A stretch of DNA of 64,000 nt from Octopus sinensis (GCF_006345805.1 NC_043017.1:18414001-18478000), one strand, 5' to 3'. Positions 39,080-52,231 are shown, numbered from the stretch's first letter. The notes: generated by a model not told the origin, from the sequence alone. Numbers and translations are program-made.

Positions 39080-40262
39080 CTGGCAACAAGAAATAGGTTT
39101 CATTAGTAGGATAACAATAACGAAGATGATATATTAACAATGATAACGACAGCAATGATATATTGATGGCTTTAGCATTGATAGGAAACTATTTAATTAA
39201 CATATCATCATTATTATATCATCGTTAACACCATGAAAAATATCTAATTTCCATAGCATCATCAACATCATTATGTATAATTAGTTGGTCATCCTCCTCC
39301 TCACAAGACAATTACCATCATCAAACATATAAGGCATCTAATTTACATGTTATCATCAAAATCATTATAAAATATTTAATTAAATTTCATAGCCATTACA
39401 TTTAATTTTCATCCACATCAACATCAAAGTATATGGCATTTAATTAGAATATCATCAACACTATGTTTGCATGTCATCTTCAACATCGTTATATCCAATT
39501 AGCATGTCCTTATCATTGTCGTTGCAATTAATTAACATCATTATATTTAATCATCATCACCATCAATATATAAGACAACTAATTTGTATGCCATCATCAT
39601 CATCATCACCACCATTGTTGTATTTATGACCACCTTCATCACAATGGTACAGGGCCACATGTATGACTGGTATGGCAGAGTAGTAGAATGATGGGTGTAA
39701 GGGAATAAAAGAATGACTGATAGGGAACAGGAGGCTCTCACAAAAGGGTCAACCCTGCTAAAGACCCTCCCCACAACACACAATGACTAGGTAGTGTTGT
39801 TGCTCCAGGTCAGTCCTGATCAAAGACACTCCAATCATGATCCTCCAGTCTTGTTTTCAGAAATACTCTATCCCGAATCCCATCACTGAGTAGTGTGTTC
39901 TTCCTTTTTCCTGTTGTGTGCACTTCGAAGGTAATTTGACTGCTGTGCCTAGCAGATCAAGTAACCTCAAAGAGGCAAATATCTTACGCCTGCCACCCGT
40001 GCCATAGAAACTAGACTTAAAATCCTGCCTAACCCATGACTGCAGAGAAAAGCAGACATTAAATCCCACTGTGCTGTTACTGCTACTATCAATGATGATG
40101 ACAATGATGATGATAGCAATGATGACGACAACGATGATGATGCTGATGACAAAAATGGCCAGATGACAACTTGCAACAAGTCAACAGCAAAGTTTAACGC
40201 AAACCTAGAAATGGAATTTTATAAGAATTATCTGCAAAAGAAGGAGGAGACAGTTTACTTAC

Positions 40263-40418
40263 GTAGCCTATTTTGTGACCTTCCAAAGCTGTTACCCTTT
40301 CTGGAATTTTCCTGTTGGAATTGGAACCCAAGCCTAGACGCCCATAGTCTCCATTACCAAACGTAAACAACACACCATCATGAGAGACAACAGCACTGTG
40401 TTTGAATCCGCAGGCCAA
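40263..40418 (-). CDS. HERC1: HERC1 exon (RCC1 repeat)
   Basis: [11 protein letters not shown]...[12 protein letters not shown]...HKIGY|GTAAGT. Confidence 0.92.
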
Positions 40419-40598
40419 CTGAAGAATAAGAGAGACGGAGAGAAGATGGTTCAGGATGCTGTCCTCACATCACACCGATGCACATTAAAAGTTACAACAA
40501 TCATTTACATCAAACATCAAATTTGTTCTGGTTTTTTTTTTTTGAAGTTAGTGGTTGTTTCTCGTTACAAAACAGTTTTAATATTTTATATTTAATCT

Positions 40599-41060
40599 TT
40601 AACCCTTTTATTACTGTATTTCTTTTGAAATGCTCTGCGTTTCTTTTAATTACTTTAAATATAACAAAGAATTTAGTAAAATAACTTGGTTATCATTAAG
40701 CTAGGAACATAAAATGTGACTAAGGTTTGGTGGAAGATTTTAATTCAAAACTTATGAAAACAAGACATTTGTACTCAGAGCCAGAGCCGGTTTCAGCCAG
40801 GTTGGTAACAAAAGGGTTAATATCTTAATCAGCTTTAATCCTTTAGCATTCAGATTACTCAAGGAAATGTAATCCTTATTTATTCTCATTGTTTTGAATT
40901 AGTCATGCATTATCTTGTAACTTTGAGATTTCAATGATGTGACTATTTATTTTTAGAATAACATTGTAGGGTAGGTGTGAGAGGCCAGATCTGGTTGGTT
41001 TGAGCGTAAAATAAGTAGATTAGGGGCCAGATATGATTGGTTTAAATGTAAAAGGGTTAA
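40599..41060. mobile_element. Two adjacent TTAA-flanked MITEs (piggyBac-like ends)
   Basis: TTAACCCTTTT...AAAAGGGTTAA (40599-40820) and TTAATCCTTTAGCATT...AAAAGGGTTAA (40835-41060); related copies near 1771-1967, 5120-5288, 18013-18236 and 52780-52990. Confidence 0.6.
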
Positions 41061-41982
41061 AAACCTAGAATAATTAATGTAACATCTTTAATCATTTTAC
41101 AAACATCTTTATTGAAAATGTTAAAAGAATTATCGAAAATGCTTATAAACTGAGTAAAAACATTATGCAAACATAAATAGTGATGCTTTTTCTTTCTTAA
41201 TTTTGAAAAAACATTTTTATTCGTGCTTGAATGATACTTTTTTAAACATCTTTACTAAATTTTAAACATTTTTAATCACTTTATAAACATTTCCCTCAAA
41301 ATCCAAAGCCAACTAGCTTAAATGAAGGACACGTAGTACATTGTAGTCCTAGATACATTATGTCCAAATAAAAGACAGCTCGGGTATATTTGGCCATAGG
41401 TTAGCTGGATCAGAGCTCAAAATGTTAATTAGATAATGCAGTCCTAGATACATTATGCCTGATCACAGTTAAAGTATTTCTATCATAGGCCTCCTGGATC
41501 AAACTGACCTGGGGTTAAACAACAACAACAACAACAACAAGGAGGAACACCATTAGATAATGTAGTCTTAGATACATGATGAATAAAAGATGGAAGGGTT
41601 AAAGTTGAACATCTTTGATCATAGCTGTAGTGGATGATGACTAACCTGGGGTGAAACAACAAGAAAGGCAACATTACATAATGTAGTCCTAGATATACTA
41701 TGCCTGAATTAGAGACAGGATGGTCACAGCTAGAATACCTTTGATCATAGACCTACTGGATTGGGACTGACCTGGGGGTTAAACGACAACAACCACTACC
41801 TCTATGAAACAGCATCATTATCATCATCATTGACACAATTGAAGAAAGTTGTGGAAAAAAAAAACGAAATTCCTATGGTGTTGAAACAACAAAACAAAAG
41901 AATTGAAATTATTTCTAAGAAAGATGAAGTTACAGAAAGAAGAAAAGGAAAACAGGGAAAAAAAGCTAGAAGAATATTAAAC

Positions 41983-42164
41983 CTGAACAATTTCCTCTCC
42001 TTGGAGAGCTTCAATTTGTCGAGGCCGGCGCTGCCTGTCGCTGTTTCCATGACCAAGTTTACCATAATCGCCATCACCCCAACTGAAGACTTCACCACTC
42101 TCAGCAAGGGCCATACTATGACCATCGGATCCAACGGAGGTTACAAGTTGGGTTATCACAAAAC
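41983..42164 (-). CDS. HERC1: HERC1 exon (RCC1 repeat)
   Basis: (G)[19 protein letters not shown]...[33 protein letters not shown]. Confidence 0.92.
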
Positions 42165-42582
42165 CTAGACACACAGACAGACAAAACCATTGAATAGATT
42201 ACTGTGTGATGGAGCGTTGATTTACACATTTAATATTTAGTATGTGTTAGGTAGCAAGCTACAGAGAGAGGAGGGAGACATATACCATTTCACATTCAAT
42301 ATGAGAATAATTCCATTCAAAATGAGAATAAAAAATACAGTTTTTTGCTTTAATTATTTATGTAGCAGCACTAATAATAAAAACAAATTTTTGTGTAATA
42401 AAATGACAATAAATGGAATGATATAATGCCAAACATACTGTAATTTCTATTTTCATTTTGAACAAAATTATTCCATTTTGAATGGAATTACTCTTATTTT
42501 GGATTATTCCATATTGAATGTGAAATGGCATAGACTGAAATAGGGTGAGAGAGAGAGGAAGAGAGAGAGAGAGAGAGAGTAC

Positions 42583-42721
42583 CTTGCATTGATGAGATGA
42601 CGGTGAGTGAATGGAGATCATCGGAGTTTCCTTGTCCTAATCGTCCATAACTACCTTCTCCACTGGCCATTACGGTGCCATTAGCTTGGATTACAAATGT
42701 AGAATTCTGGCCACAGATTAT
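42583..42721 (-). CDS. HERC1: HERC1 exon (RCC1 repeat)
   Basis: IICGQNSTFVIQANGTVMASGEGSYGRLGQGNSDDLH...SSMQ. Confidence 0.92.
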
Positions 42722-42811
42722 CTGTAAATGAAACACATTCAATAGTGGTGGGCTGGTATGGAAAACATTTTGCAATATTGGGAGGGATTAAATCTAAACA
42801 TGTGTGTGTAC

Positions 42812-42856
<45 letters not shown>

Positions 42857-43158
42857 CATGCACTTATATATGTAAGAATGTACATATTTATGTATGTACA
42901 TATGTATGTATGCATGTAAATGCATATGTGTATGTAGGTAGTTGTGTGTGCATGCGTGTGTGTAGATGCACATACATATATATATATAGGTATGCAAATA
43001 CATATAGTTCTGTCCTAACAAGTTGAAATTTTACACATTAGGGTTACATGTTACAGTACAACCTAACAGGGGCAGATCCCTATCGATTTCCTCTTTTGAT
43101 AAGATCATAAAAACAAACATAATAAAATAAAAATGCACTGTGAAGTGGCTGTCCTTAC

Positions 43159-43350
43159 CTGCTGAGCACAAGAGAAGGATGGTACCCTTGTTGGAGCATG
43201 GGCAAATTTACCCCCTTCACACATTTGACCATGTCGGCCACTTCCCCACAGGTAGCCTTCACACTTGCCGCCGAGTTGCCAGTCTTCTGGTTTCTGTGTG
43301 GCCCAGGCCATTACTTGAGCATCTTTTGCACAATCCCAGTATCCTGCAGA
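43159..43350 (-). CDS. HERC1: HERC1 exon (RCC1-like domain start)
   Basis: SAGYWD...WATQKPEDWQLGGKCEGYLWGSGRHGQ...CAQQ|GTAAGG. Confidence 0.92.
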
Positions 43351-43528
43351 CTGCAAAAAGGAAAAAAAAGAAAACTTTAAAAAAAACAAACTAAAAAACT
43401 TCGAAATAATAAATAAGAAAAATAATTTCAAATTTTAGCACAAGGCCTGTAATTTGTGGTGGTGTGGGGGTAAGCTGATTATCTTAATCCCAGTGACACA
43501 CACATATGAATGTATATAGATATGTTTA

Positions 43529-43565
<37 letters not shown>

Positions 43566-43568
<3 letters not shown>

Positions 43569-43728
43569 CGCAGGAGTGGCTGTGTGGTAAGTAGCTTGTT
43601 TACCAGCCACATGGTTCCGGGTTCAGTCCCACTGTGTGGCACCTTGGGCAAGTGTCTTCTGCTATAGCCCCGGGCCGACCAATGCCTTGTGAGTGGATTT
43701 AGTAGACGGAAACTGAAAGAAGCCTGTC

Positions 43729-43790
<62 letters not shown>

Positions 43791-44000
43791 GCGTGTGTGT
43801 GCTTGTGTGTCTGTGTTTGTCTTCCTAGCATTGCTTGACAACCGATGCTGGTGTGTTTATGTCCCCGTTACTTAGCGGTTCGGCAAAAGAGACCGATAGA
43901 ATAAGTACTGGGCTTACAAAAGAATAAGTCCCGGGGTCGAGTTGCTCGATTAAATGCGGTGCTCCAGCATGGCTGCAGTCAAATGACTGAAACAAGTAAA
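43566..44000 (+). mobile_element. tRNA-derived SINE (CORE-like CCTTGGGCAAGT domain) with internal (TA)n
   Basis: GGCGCAGGAGTGGCTGTGTGGTAAG...GGGTTCAGTCCC...CCTTGGGCAAGTG; related copies at about 48437, 53087-53430, 62198-62540 and many fragments. Confidence 0.75.
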
Positions 44001-44058
44001 AGCGTAAAGTGTAAAGTGTATATGTTTATGAATATATCCTTCCAGGCTTATATATATA

Positions 44059-44356
44059 TAGGGCTTGGACAAAATAATGGAATCACCTAGCATCATAGCA
44101 TCATAATTTGGAAATATCTATAAAGCCATCAAGAGCTTGTTTATTTTTATGTTTTTTTGATTTATTATTATTGTTGCTTAATATGTTTATATATATATAT
44201 ATTTATATATATATATATGAATATGGTACCTAAATTGAAACACCAGAATTTAGTATGGTATTATCCATACAATTTCAAAATAAGGCAATTAAAATCCTTA
44301 TTATATTATCCTTGTTGCATATTTTCATTTTAATCACCTTATTTTGAAATTGTATA

Positions 44357-44401
<45 letters not shown>

Positions 44402-45456
44402 GAATCATCATCATCATCATTTAACGTCCGTTTTCCATGCTAGCATGGGTTGGCCGGTTCGACCGGGGTCTGGAAAGCCTTGAAGGCTGCACCAGGCTCC
44501 AGTCTGATTTGGCAGTGTTTCTACAGCTGGATGCCCTTCCTAACGCCAACCACTCCGTGAGTGTAGTGGGTGATTTTTACATGCCACCGGCACAGGGACC
44601 AGACGAGGCTGGCAAACAGCCATGATCAGTTGGTGCTTTTACGTGTCACCGACACAGACGCCAGTCAGGCAGCACTGGCATCTGATGAGATGAGCTCTGA
44701 CTTTCTCACGGGAGGGCTGCAATCAGAAAACCACTACTTTCAAAAACAAATGATAGAAAGCATTCAGAGTGGAGTAAAAACCTACAGAATTGGTCCCTAG
44801 AGCAATGGAAGACTGTTATTTTTTCAGATGAGCCATCCTTTACCTTATTTCTGACCACCTGCTGAGTATATGTGTGGAGACAGCCAAAAGGTGCATTTGA
44901 CCCAGACTGCCTTCTTCCAACTGTTAAACATGGAGAAGGATCTGTGATGATCTGGGGGCTGTATCTTGGAAATCTGCCAGCGCAACGGTTTCCTTTCATG
45001 GCAGGATTAATAGTCAAGACTATTTAAGCATTTTATCTGATCAAATTCCTCCTATGGTTGTGGAACTGTTTCCGGAAAGAAATGCAATCTTTCAGGATGA
45101 TAATGCACCAATTCACACACCTAAAGTTGTTACTGAATGGCATGAGGAACATTTTAGTGAAGTCAAACATCTTATCTGGCCACCACAGTCCCCAGATCTC
45201 AATATTATTGAACATTTATGGCGCATTTTAGAAAAACAAGCAAGGAGTCGATATCCTCCACCATCATCACTACAAGAACTGGGAACAGTTTTAGCTGAAG
45301 AATGGACAAAAATTTCTTTCGAAACAATTCAAACTTTGTATGAGTCCATACCTCGTAGAATTCAAGCTGTAATTACTGCCAAAGGCGGTTCTTTCCCATA
45401 TTAAAATGAATTTGTTTGAAATTTTAAGGTGATTCCATTATTTTGTCCAACCCCTG
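44059..45456 (+). mobile_element. Tc1-like DNA transposon relic (DD36E spacing) with nested insertions
   Basis: 30-bp TIRs TAGGGCTTGGACAAAATAATGGAATCACCT / AGGTGATTCCATTATTTTGTCCAACCCCTG; transposase remnants WKTVIFSDE, FQDDNAPIH, WPPQSPDLNIIE; stop codon and frameshifts. Confidence 0.88.
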
Positions 45457-45534
45457 TGCATAGAAAGAAACAACACTCCCCCCCCCACGCACACTGTGCC
45501 ACCACAGACGTAGGTTTTTATAGGTTTCTCTTAC

Positions 45535-45680
45535 AGGATTGTCTTCATGTTGTTGTGGTTCATATCCCAGCAAAGGAAATATGTCAGGCAGTTTGGAGCG
45601 ACGGTGCAGGGCTGTGGCTGACTTTATGGCCGTGGAATAGTTGAGAAGCCATTCCCACTCAGCGGCAACGTATGATCGAC
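45535..45680 (-). CDS. HERC1: HERC1 exon
   Basis: (G)RSYVAAEWEWLLNYSTAIK...HEDNP|GTAAGA; phases consistent. Confidence 0.85.
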
Positions 45681-46410
45681 CTGAAACAAACAAACAAGGG
45701 CTTTAGATTTATAGAAACTCTGGAATTAATTTGATGGGGTTGCAACAGACATCATCATCACCATCATCACAATTACTATCATCATCCTCATCCTCTTCAT
45801 TTTAATGTTTGGTTTTTCAACATGACACATTCAGACAGAACAATAACATTTTAATCTCAGCAAGGTGGACAGTGTTGTGTGAGAAGCATAATGTCTTGAC
45901 CACGGACCCAATACAGTGAACTGCATTGTACTGTGGTACCCTCTTACAGCTGGGTAGACTGTAGAACTAAGGGTGAGTATAAACTTTCAAACTCATGTGT
46001 CTTAATGACTTGGTCTTTCGTGAACACATTGTTTGTTTGTTTGTGTGTGTGTGTGTGTGTGTATGGATGTATATATGGATGTATGTATGTATGTGCAAAA
46101 GGCTTGCTTGGAGGTCGAACCTTCCAAGCTCTTTTACAGAGCTTACAAAATCTGAAGGAACACAGCAATAAGTGTACGAATCTGTGAGGGAATTGTGTTG
46201 AATAAAATCACAATGAACTGATTCTGTATTTTCTTCCAGCCAAAGCCAGGAACTTCTCAGCTGCCCCTCATACACCACAGAGACATAGACATAACAACAT
46301 GTACAGACTGCCACACTGCGACATACCATTCACTTCTAACCAATAAAACTCAGCTACTATACATTCTTCCACTGCTACTCCAGTAGCAGCAATGGAGCTA
46401 ACAAAGTCAT

Positions 46411-46448
<38 letters not shown>

Positions 46449-46536
46449 TTATATATATATATTATATATATGTAGGTAGAGTTATAATCCAAGCCGTATC
46501 CTTATGAAGCACATATCCAGTATTCCAAGATGGAAT

Positions 46537-46570
<34 letters not shown>

Positions 46571-46633
46571 GACAGACAGAAAGAGAGAGAAAGAAAGAGA
46601 GAGCAGGGTAGGGATCATTGAGATTGAGTTTAC

Positions 46634-46772
46634 CTTTGACGTTCTTATACCAATGATGTGGTGGCACAGAATTATAACAGAGGACATTGTCAAGTTCAAG
46701 TCCAATGGTTAATGCTGCCAAGTTCTGAAGATATTGGCTGTGGAGCAATTGTTCACCACTTAAGGTCACTGG
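46634..46772 (-). CDS. HERC1: HERC1 exon
   Basis: PVTLSGEQLLHSQYLQNLAALTIGLELD...PPHHWYKNVK. Confidence 0.88.
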
Positions 46773-46894
46773 CTGAAAAGAGTTGAAGACAGAACAAAAT
46801 AGTCAGGGCTCACCATTAATGATTGCAGACGGAAGGTTCTTATGTATGTGTATGTGTCAAACTATATGAATGTGTTCATGTACATATATGTATA

Positions 46895-46986
<92 letters not shown>

Positions 46987-47236
46987 CACATATATGAATG
47001 TGTAAGTGTGTGTATACATATATATATTTATATATCTACATATACAGGGTGGTGCAAAAACAGGTTGACAGTTAGATTTTGCATATTTCAGTGTTCTGAG
47101 ATGTAATGGCAGGCATTTTAATAGATAAGAAGAGAAAAGTGTTCCTAAAGAATTATTGGAAATTTGAAAATGGAGAAATAGTGTGTATATATACATATAT
47201 AACACTTATGTATATATACACATATGTGTATATACA

Positions 47237-47268
<32 letters not shown>

Positions 47269-47857
47269 CAGTATAAGGGAAGGAAAAAAATTTTTAGGGT
47301 AGGCAAGCTTTAATTCATTTCAAATCCAAGTTGGTACAGAACCAATATACATTCTACAAATTGTAGAATGTATATTGGTTCTGTACTTATACTTTATTTA
47401 CTGTTTTTGCAAATACAGAATATACATTTATATATATATATATATTATATTAAATTAGAGATAAAACCACTACTAGGCAAATCAAACAGTGAAAAACATA
47501 AGCCAATACATAAAATTAATTTAAAAATATAAAAGTTAAAAATAAAAAAATTATTTAAATTTAAGCTTATAAATTTTATATATATATATACAAATATATA
47601 TGTATGTATATTTTTATATCTATATATTATTTTATTAATTAATTAATTTATTTATTTATTAATCTATTTATTTTTTTATTTTTATTTATTTTTTTTATTT
47701 ATATATCAAAAGTATTAAAAGTTTAATAAAAGATAAAGAGTAAAACATATATATATATATATATATGTATGTATATGAATACACACAAATATACACGTGT
47801 GTGTGTGAGAGAGAGAGCAAAAAAAAACAAACAAACAATACACTGTGATTGTCTTAC

Positions 47858-48037
47858 CTTTTCATATAAGTATTGTTCTTGTAAGATGGTGGGTAGTTGT
47901 AGAAAAAGCATCTTCAGACACGGCGTATTGCACAGTCCTGTTATGCCACGCATTTTCAGAGCCTTACGTGCAGCAGCCAATACATGGTTTTTATAAGCAA
48001 CATCAGCAGGATGGAAGTAGTGGAATATAAAGACATC
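47858..48037 (-). CDS. HERC1: HERC1 exon
   Basis: DVFIFHYF...HVLAAARKALKMRGITGL...LQEQYLYEK|GTAAGA. Confidence 0.88.
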
Positions 48038-48753
48038 CTGCAAAGATAGACGGATACAATGAGACTGAGTTGGATCCAGGTGGGTGCCTACGTGTGTTAC
48101 TGGCGTGAAGAATGTTTTGTCTTGAGCAGAAAGTTGTTCACTCTTGGGGTGAGGTGGGGGGAGGCCAGTTTTTGCCAACGGAAACAGGTGCACTGGTTCT
48201 GTTTAAACTTCTTCTAATTATTAATAGACAATGAATTAACTAATTGACCAAACTATTGTTTAACTAATAATTTGATCAATCAAGCAGTTGGTTGACTAAT
48301 AATAATAATAATAATAATAATAATGATAATAATAATAATAATCAAATGAAGTGAATTAGAACCAGTGTTTCTGTTTTTACTGGCAAAATGACCCTCCCAA
48401 GAAACAAGAGACAAACACAACATATGTATAAATGTGCAGGCTTGGCTGTGTAGTAAGAAGCTTGCTTCCCAACCACATAGTTCAAAGTTCAGTCCCACTG
48501 CTTGGCACCTTGGACATGTACCTTCTATTATAGCCTCAGGTCAACCAAAGCCTTCGCTGAAAGTTGTTTGCTATGGCTGGTCAGAGAGTGACCACTGGTT
48601 TCACACTTACCTGATTAAAGGTGCAAAACCAATGGTAATTCTGACCAACCATAACAAACAACTTTCTAAATATGTGTGTGTGTGTGTGTGTTTGTGCATG
48701 TGAGTTGGTGTGTGTGTGTATGAGTACTTGTTGGTGTGTGTGTGTGTGTGTGT

Positions 48754-49204
48754 GTGTCTCCCTTGCCACCACTTGACAACTGATGTTGCTAGGTTTAAGT
48801 CCCCGTAACTTAGCAGTTCAGCCAAAGAGACTGATAGAATAAGTACCCGGCTTAAAAATGAATAAGTACAGGAGTCAACCTGTTCAATTAAAATTCTTCA
48901 AGGCACTGCCACAGCATGGCAGCAGTCTAATGGATGAAACGAGGTAAAAAATTAAAGACGTGGTTGTGTGTGTGTGTGTGTGTGTGGTGTGTGTGTGTCT
49001 CCCTTGCCACCACTTGACAACTGATGTTGCTAGGTTTAAGTCCCCGTAACTTAGCAGTTCAGCCAAAGAGACTGATAGAATAAGTACCCGGCTTAAAAAT
49101 GAATAAGTACAGGAGTCAACCTGTTCAATTAAAATTCTTCAAGGCACTGCCACAGCATGGCAGCAGTCTAATGGATGAAACGAGGTAAAAAATTAAAGAC
49201 GTGG

Positions 49205-49206
<2 letters not shown>
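48754..49206 (+). repeat. Tandem duplication of a 241-bp-period SINE 3' half
   Basis: Apparently identical units at about 48754-48965 and 48995-49206, separated by (TG)n. Confidence 0.8.
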
Positions 49207-49274
<68 letters not shown>

Positions 49275-49351
49275 AAGAAAGAGAGTGAGTGGCAATGATG
49301 ATGGTGTCGGAGCCAAAATATTTTAGGCTCTATATATTAAACGGACCCTAC

Positions 49352-49450
49352 CTTGCTGTGTCCAAAATTTGCCGTCAGTGAATTTTCTTCAAACCAACAA
49401 CAACTTCTGACAAGACCATTTCCAACATAAGTTTGGAGTAATGTACCATC
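49352..49450 (-). CDS. HERC1: HERC1 exon (WD40)
   Basis: CCAG|DGTLLQTYVGNGLVRSCCWFEENSLTANFGHSK|GTAGGG; 99 nt, phase 0/0. Confidence 0.85.
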
Positions 49451-49864
49451 CTGGAATAATTAGAGCAGTCATTAGAGAGTAATTAGAAGAGTAATTACAG
49501 TAATTAAAGACAACCACCCACGTCTGAAGTAATGTACCACACTAATATCATACTCACACAGTACAGACGTAATAAACACACACACTGTATAATCATTAAT
49601 TACAGACACACATTGTGAACACATTAAACACAAATACATATTGTGAACACAAATTACACAAATACACGGTATAAACACATTAATTACACAAACAGTGAAC
49701 ACATTAAACTCCTATAGCTGAACACATTGTGAATACATTAAGCACACACACACACATACACACAGCGTACACATTTAAACAGGTACATATACTGAGTGAA
49801 CAATAAACACAGATACACCTTGCAAAACCATTAAACACACACAAATTCAACATATTATCAAAGA

Positions 49865-50443
49865 TATGAGGGGATACTGAAAAGTTTCTGACTTTAAAGG
49901 TGTTGTGAAAGGCCTGGGTGGAGGCCCACCTTTCAGAGTCCTATTCTTCGAAAAGCTGAAGGACCACTGCAGTGAGTGAGTAAATCTGAGAGGGGAATAT
50001 CTCTATATATATAAACGGCAAAATGTCTGCGTGTGTGTCCTTTATACAAATCCACAATTTTTCAGTTAGAGGTCTCGCATTTTCTCTGGTCATTCAAAAC
50101 CGTCCAAGGGTGGTTGTGCACATCTTTACATTTCCCCAGTCACCCAACAAAGCCATTAAAAAATCAATAGAAGTGACTTTTTTGTGAATTTTCTATCCAA
50201 AACCCAACCAAAATGCCCGAAACTTGATACACCAATTGAATGCCAGCTAGCTGTATTTTACTGGCCGGAGATTTGGACAGTACTCCCGTGTATGTGTGCA
50301 CGCATGCAGCTGTATATGCATGCACTAGCACTATGACCCAGCAACGCCGGGTCATAGTGCTAGTGTTGAATAAAATCATAATTAATTGATCCTCCCGTAT
50401 TTTCTTTTACTCAAAGCCAGGAACTTTTCAGTATCACCCTCAT
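49865..50443. mobile_element. Mariner-derived MITE carrying a nested Helitron
   Basis: TIRs TATGAGGGATACTGAAAAGTTTCTGACTTT / AAAGCCAGGAACTTTTCAGTATCACCCTCATA; partial sister copies near 46090-46272 and 61100-61180. Confidence 0.65.
50000..50363 (+). mobile_element. Non-autonomous Helitron
   Basis: 5' TC, 3' CTAG, inserted between A and T, subterminal hairpin TGACCCAGCAACGCCGGGTCA, no TSD. Confidence 0.7.
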
Positions 50444-50558
50444 ATACGGTTTGAGCACATTAACATACATGCACACGCATGCTTATACAGATTTAAAATA
50501 ACGTACATTTTAGAAAATTACTATTTTTAAATCTTACAGCGAGAGATATTCAGCAACA

Positions 50559-50826
50559 GTACTTTGTAGTAAAGATTGTTTGCCAACATAACATGGCAGT
50601 CCTAGTTTAGGACGGATGTTGCTGTAATTTAGCCCCAGGAGACATCGTCTCCAGCTTGCTATATGACACGATCTATGTCCTTGTTCCCTTGTTCGAAAAT
50701 ATAAGGACACAGATCGTGTCGTATAGCCATCTGGAGACAATGTCCCCTGGGGCTAAATTACAGCAACATTCGTCCTAAACCAGGATTGCCATGTCATGTT
50801 GGCAAATAATCTTTACTACAACGTAC
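50559..50826. repeat. Long foldback inverted repeat (~270 nt hairpin), MITE-like
   Basis: The left arm TTGTAGTAAAGATTG...GTCCTT pairs with the right arm AAGGAC...AATCTTTACTACAA over about 125 bp. Confidence 0.85.
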
Positions 50827-52231
50827 ATTTTATCAATAATTAATAAAGATGGCACTAGTATAATGTAATGAGATAAATTTTATTTCCAATCATGCTTCCC
50901 AACACCCACCAATCGTATACCTGACGCCCACTCCCTTTTCTTTAAACAACTCACTCACTGTACACTTTCGTTTTTTTTTTTTGTGCCTTATTCTAGGAAC
51001 TATTCACGCACTTTTGGCTGCTTTTTCAGATGAGTTGTAGTGCAGCCAAGCACCGTACAGGAGGGAAGAAGACATGAAAAAATAAAATTGTAATTAGCAA
51101 TTTAGACCAAGACAAACAAGGGGAGGTGACTCTGTCTTAGCCTCAGGTATGTCCTCTCCCCCAAGAGCACATCATGTTAGCGGTATTTCGTCTGCCGCTA
51201 CGTTCTGCGTTCGAATTCCGCCGAGGTTGACTTTGCCTTTCATCCTTTCGGGGTCGATAAATAAAGTACCAGTTTCGCACTGGGGTCGTTGTAATCGACT
51301 TAATCCCTTTGTCTGTCCTTGTTTGTCCCCTCTATGTTTAGCCCCTTGTGGGCAATAAAGAAATATATAATAGTAGGTGCCTTTTCTGTAAGGCGACTCA
51401 GTGATTTGGCAGGGTGGGGTTGATTTTGCTTCTATTTCATGCAGATCAAGCGTTCACATATACTCCTTTGTTAGCTCAAGATGATATTTGGGACATAACT
51501 TGAGAAAAATAAAAAGGTTTCTTTTATAGAAGTAGGATGAAAAGGGTTCATTTAAAATGTAAGAGTCCTTTAAGACAGAAAGTTCTGTAACATGGATACC
51601 AGCTCCCACCCATGAGATACATGTGTGTGTGTGTCTTTTCACAACCAATCCCCAACGTGTATCTCATGTTGCTAGGGGGCAGCGGATAATCTCACAGCTA
51701 TTGCATTGAAGTTGTTACTTAGCTATAGGTCAGACTCAATAAAATAGACCTTTAATCAATGGTGTTCCAACCATGACCATCCTGTCTTATTCCATATCAG
51801 TTATCACATTATTCAATGAGTCTTTTTTTTTTTTAGAAAATAAGGACATGACTAGAGAGAGATTATGTTACAATTTCTAGCAAGTCATGCAACCACTTGA
51901 GGCTTGTTTCTTGCCTAGTTTAGAGAATATTTTGATGGTTAACTTCAAGACAGACTGGGCAGACCCACAAAGACATTCCAGATTGTAACCATCCAGAGAT
52001 ACTACATATTTGGACTTCAATATATGGGTTACTCCCTTTTTTTTTTAAAACAACAGCTTGCAATTTGCGGGTGGATTTAGCTACTGGTTCCAGCAGGTAC
52101 TGACTGTTTGGGCAAGTCTAATGAAGTAGGAGAGAGAGAAACAGAAGGGAAGAGAGAGAGAGAGGGAGGGAGAAAGAGAAAAGGGGAATAGTAAGATAAG
52201 CCAGAAAAACAAAACAAGGGAGGTAACTCAC

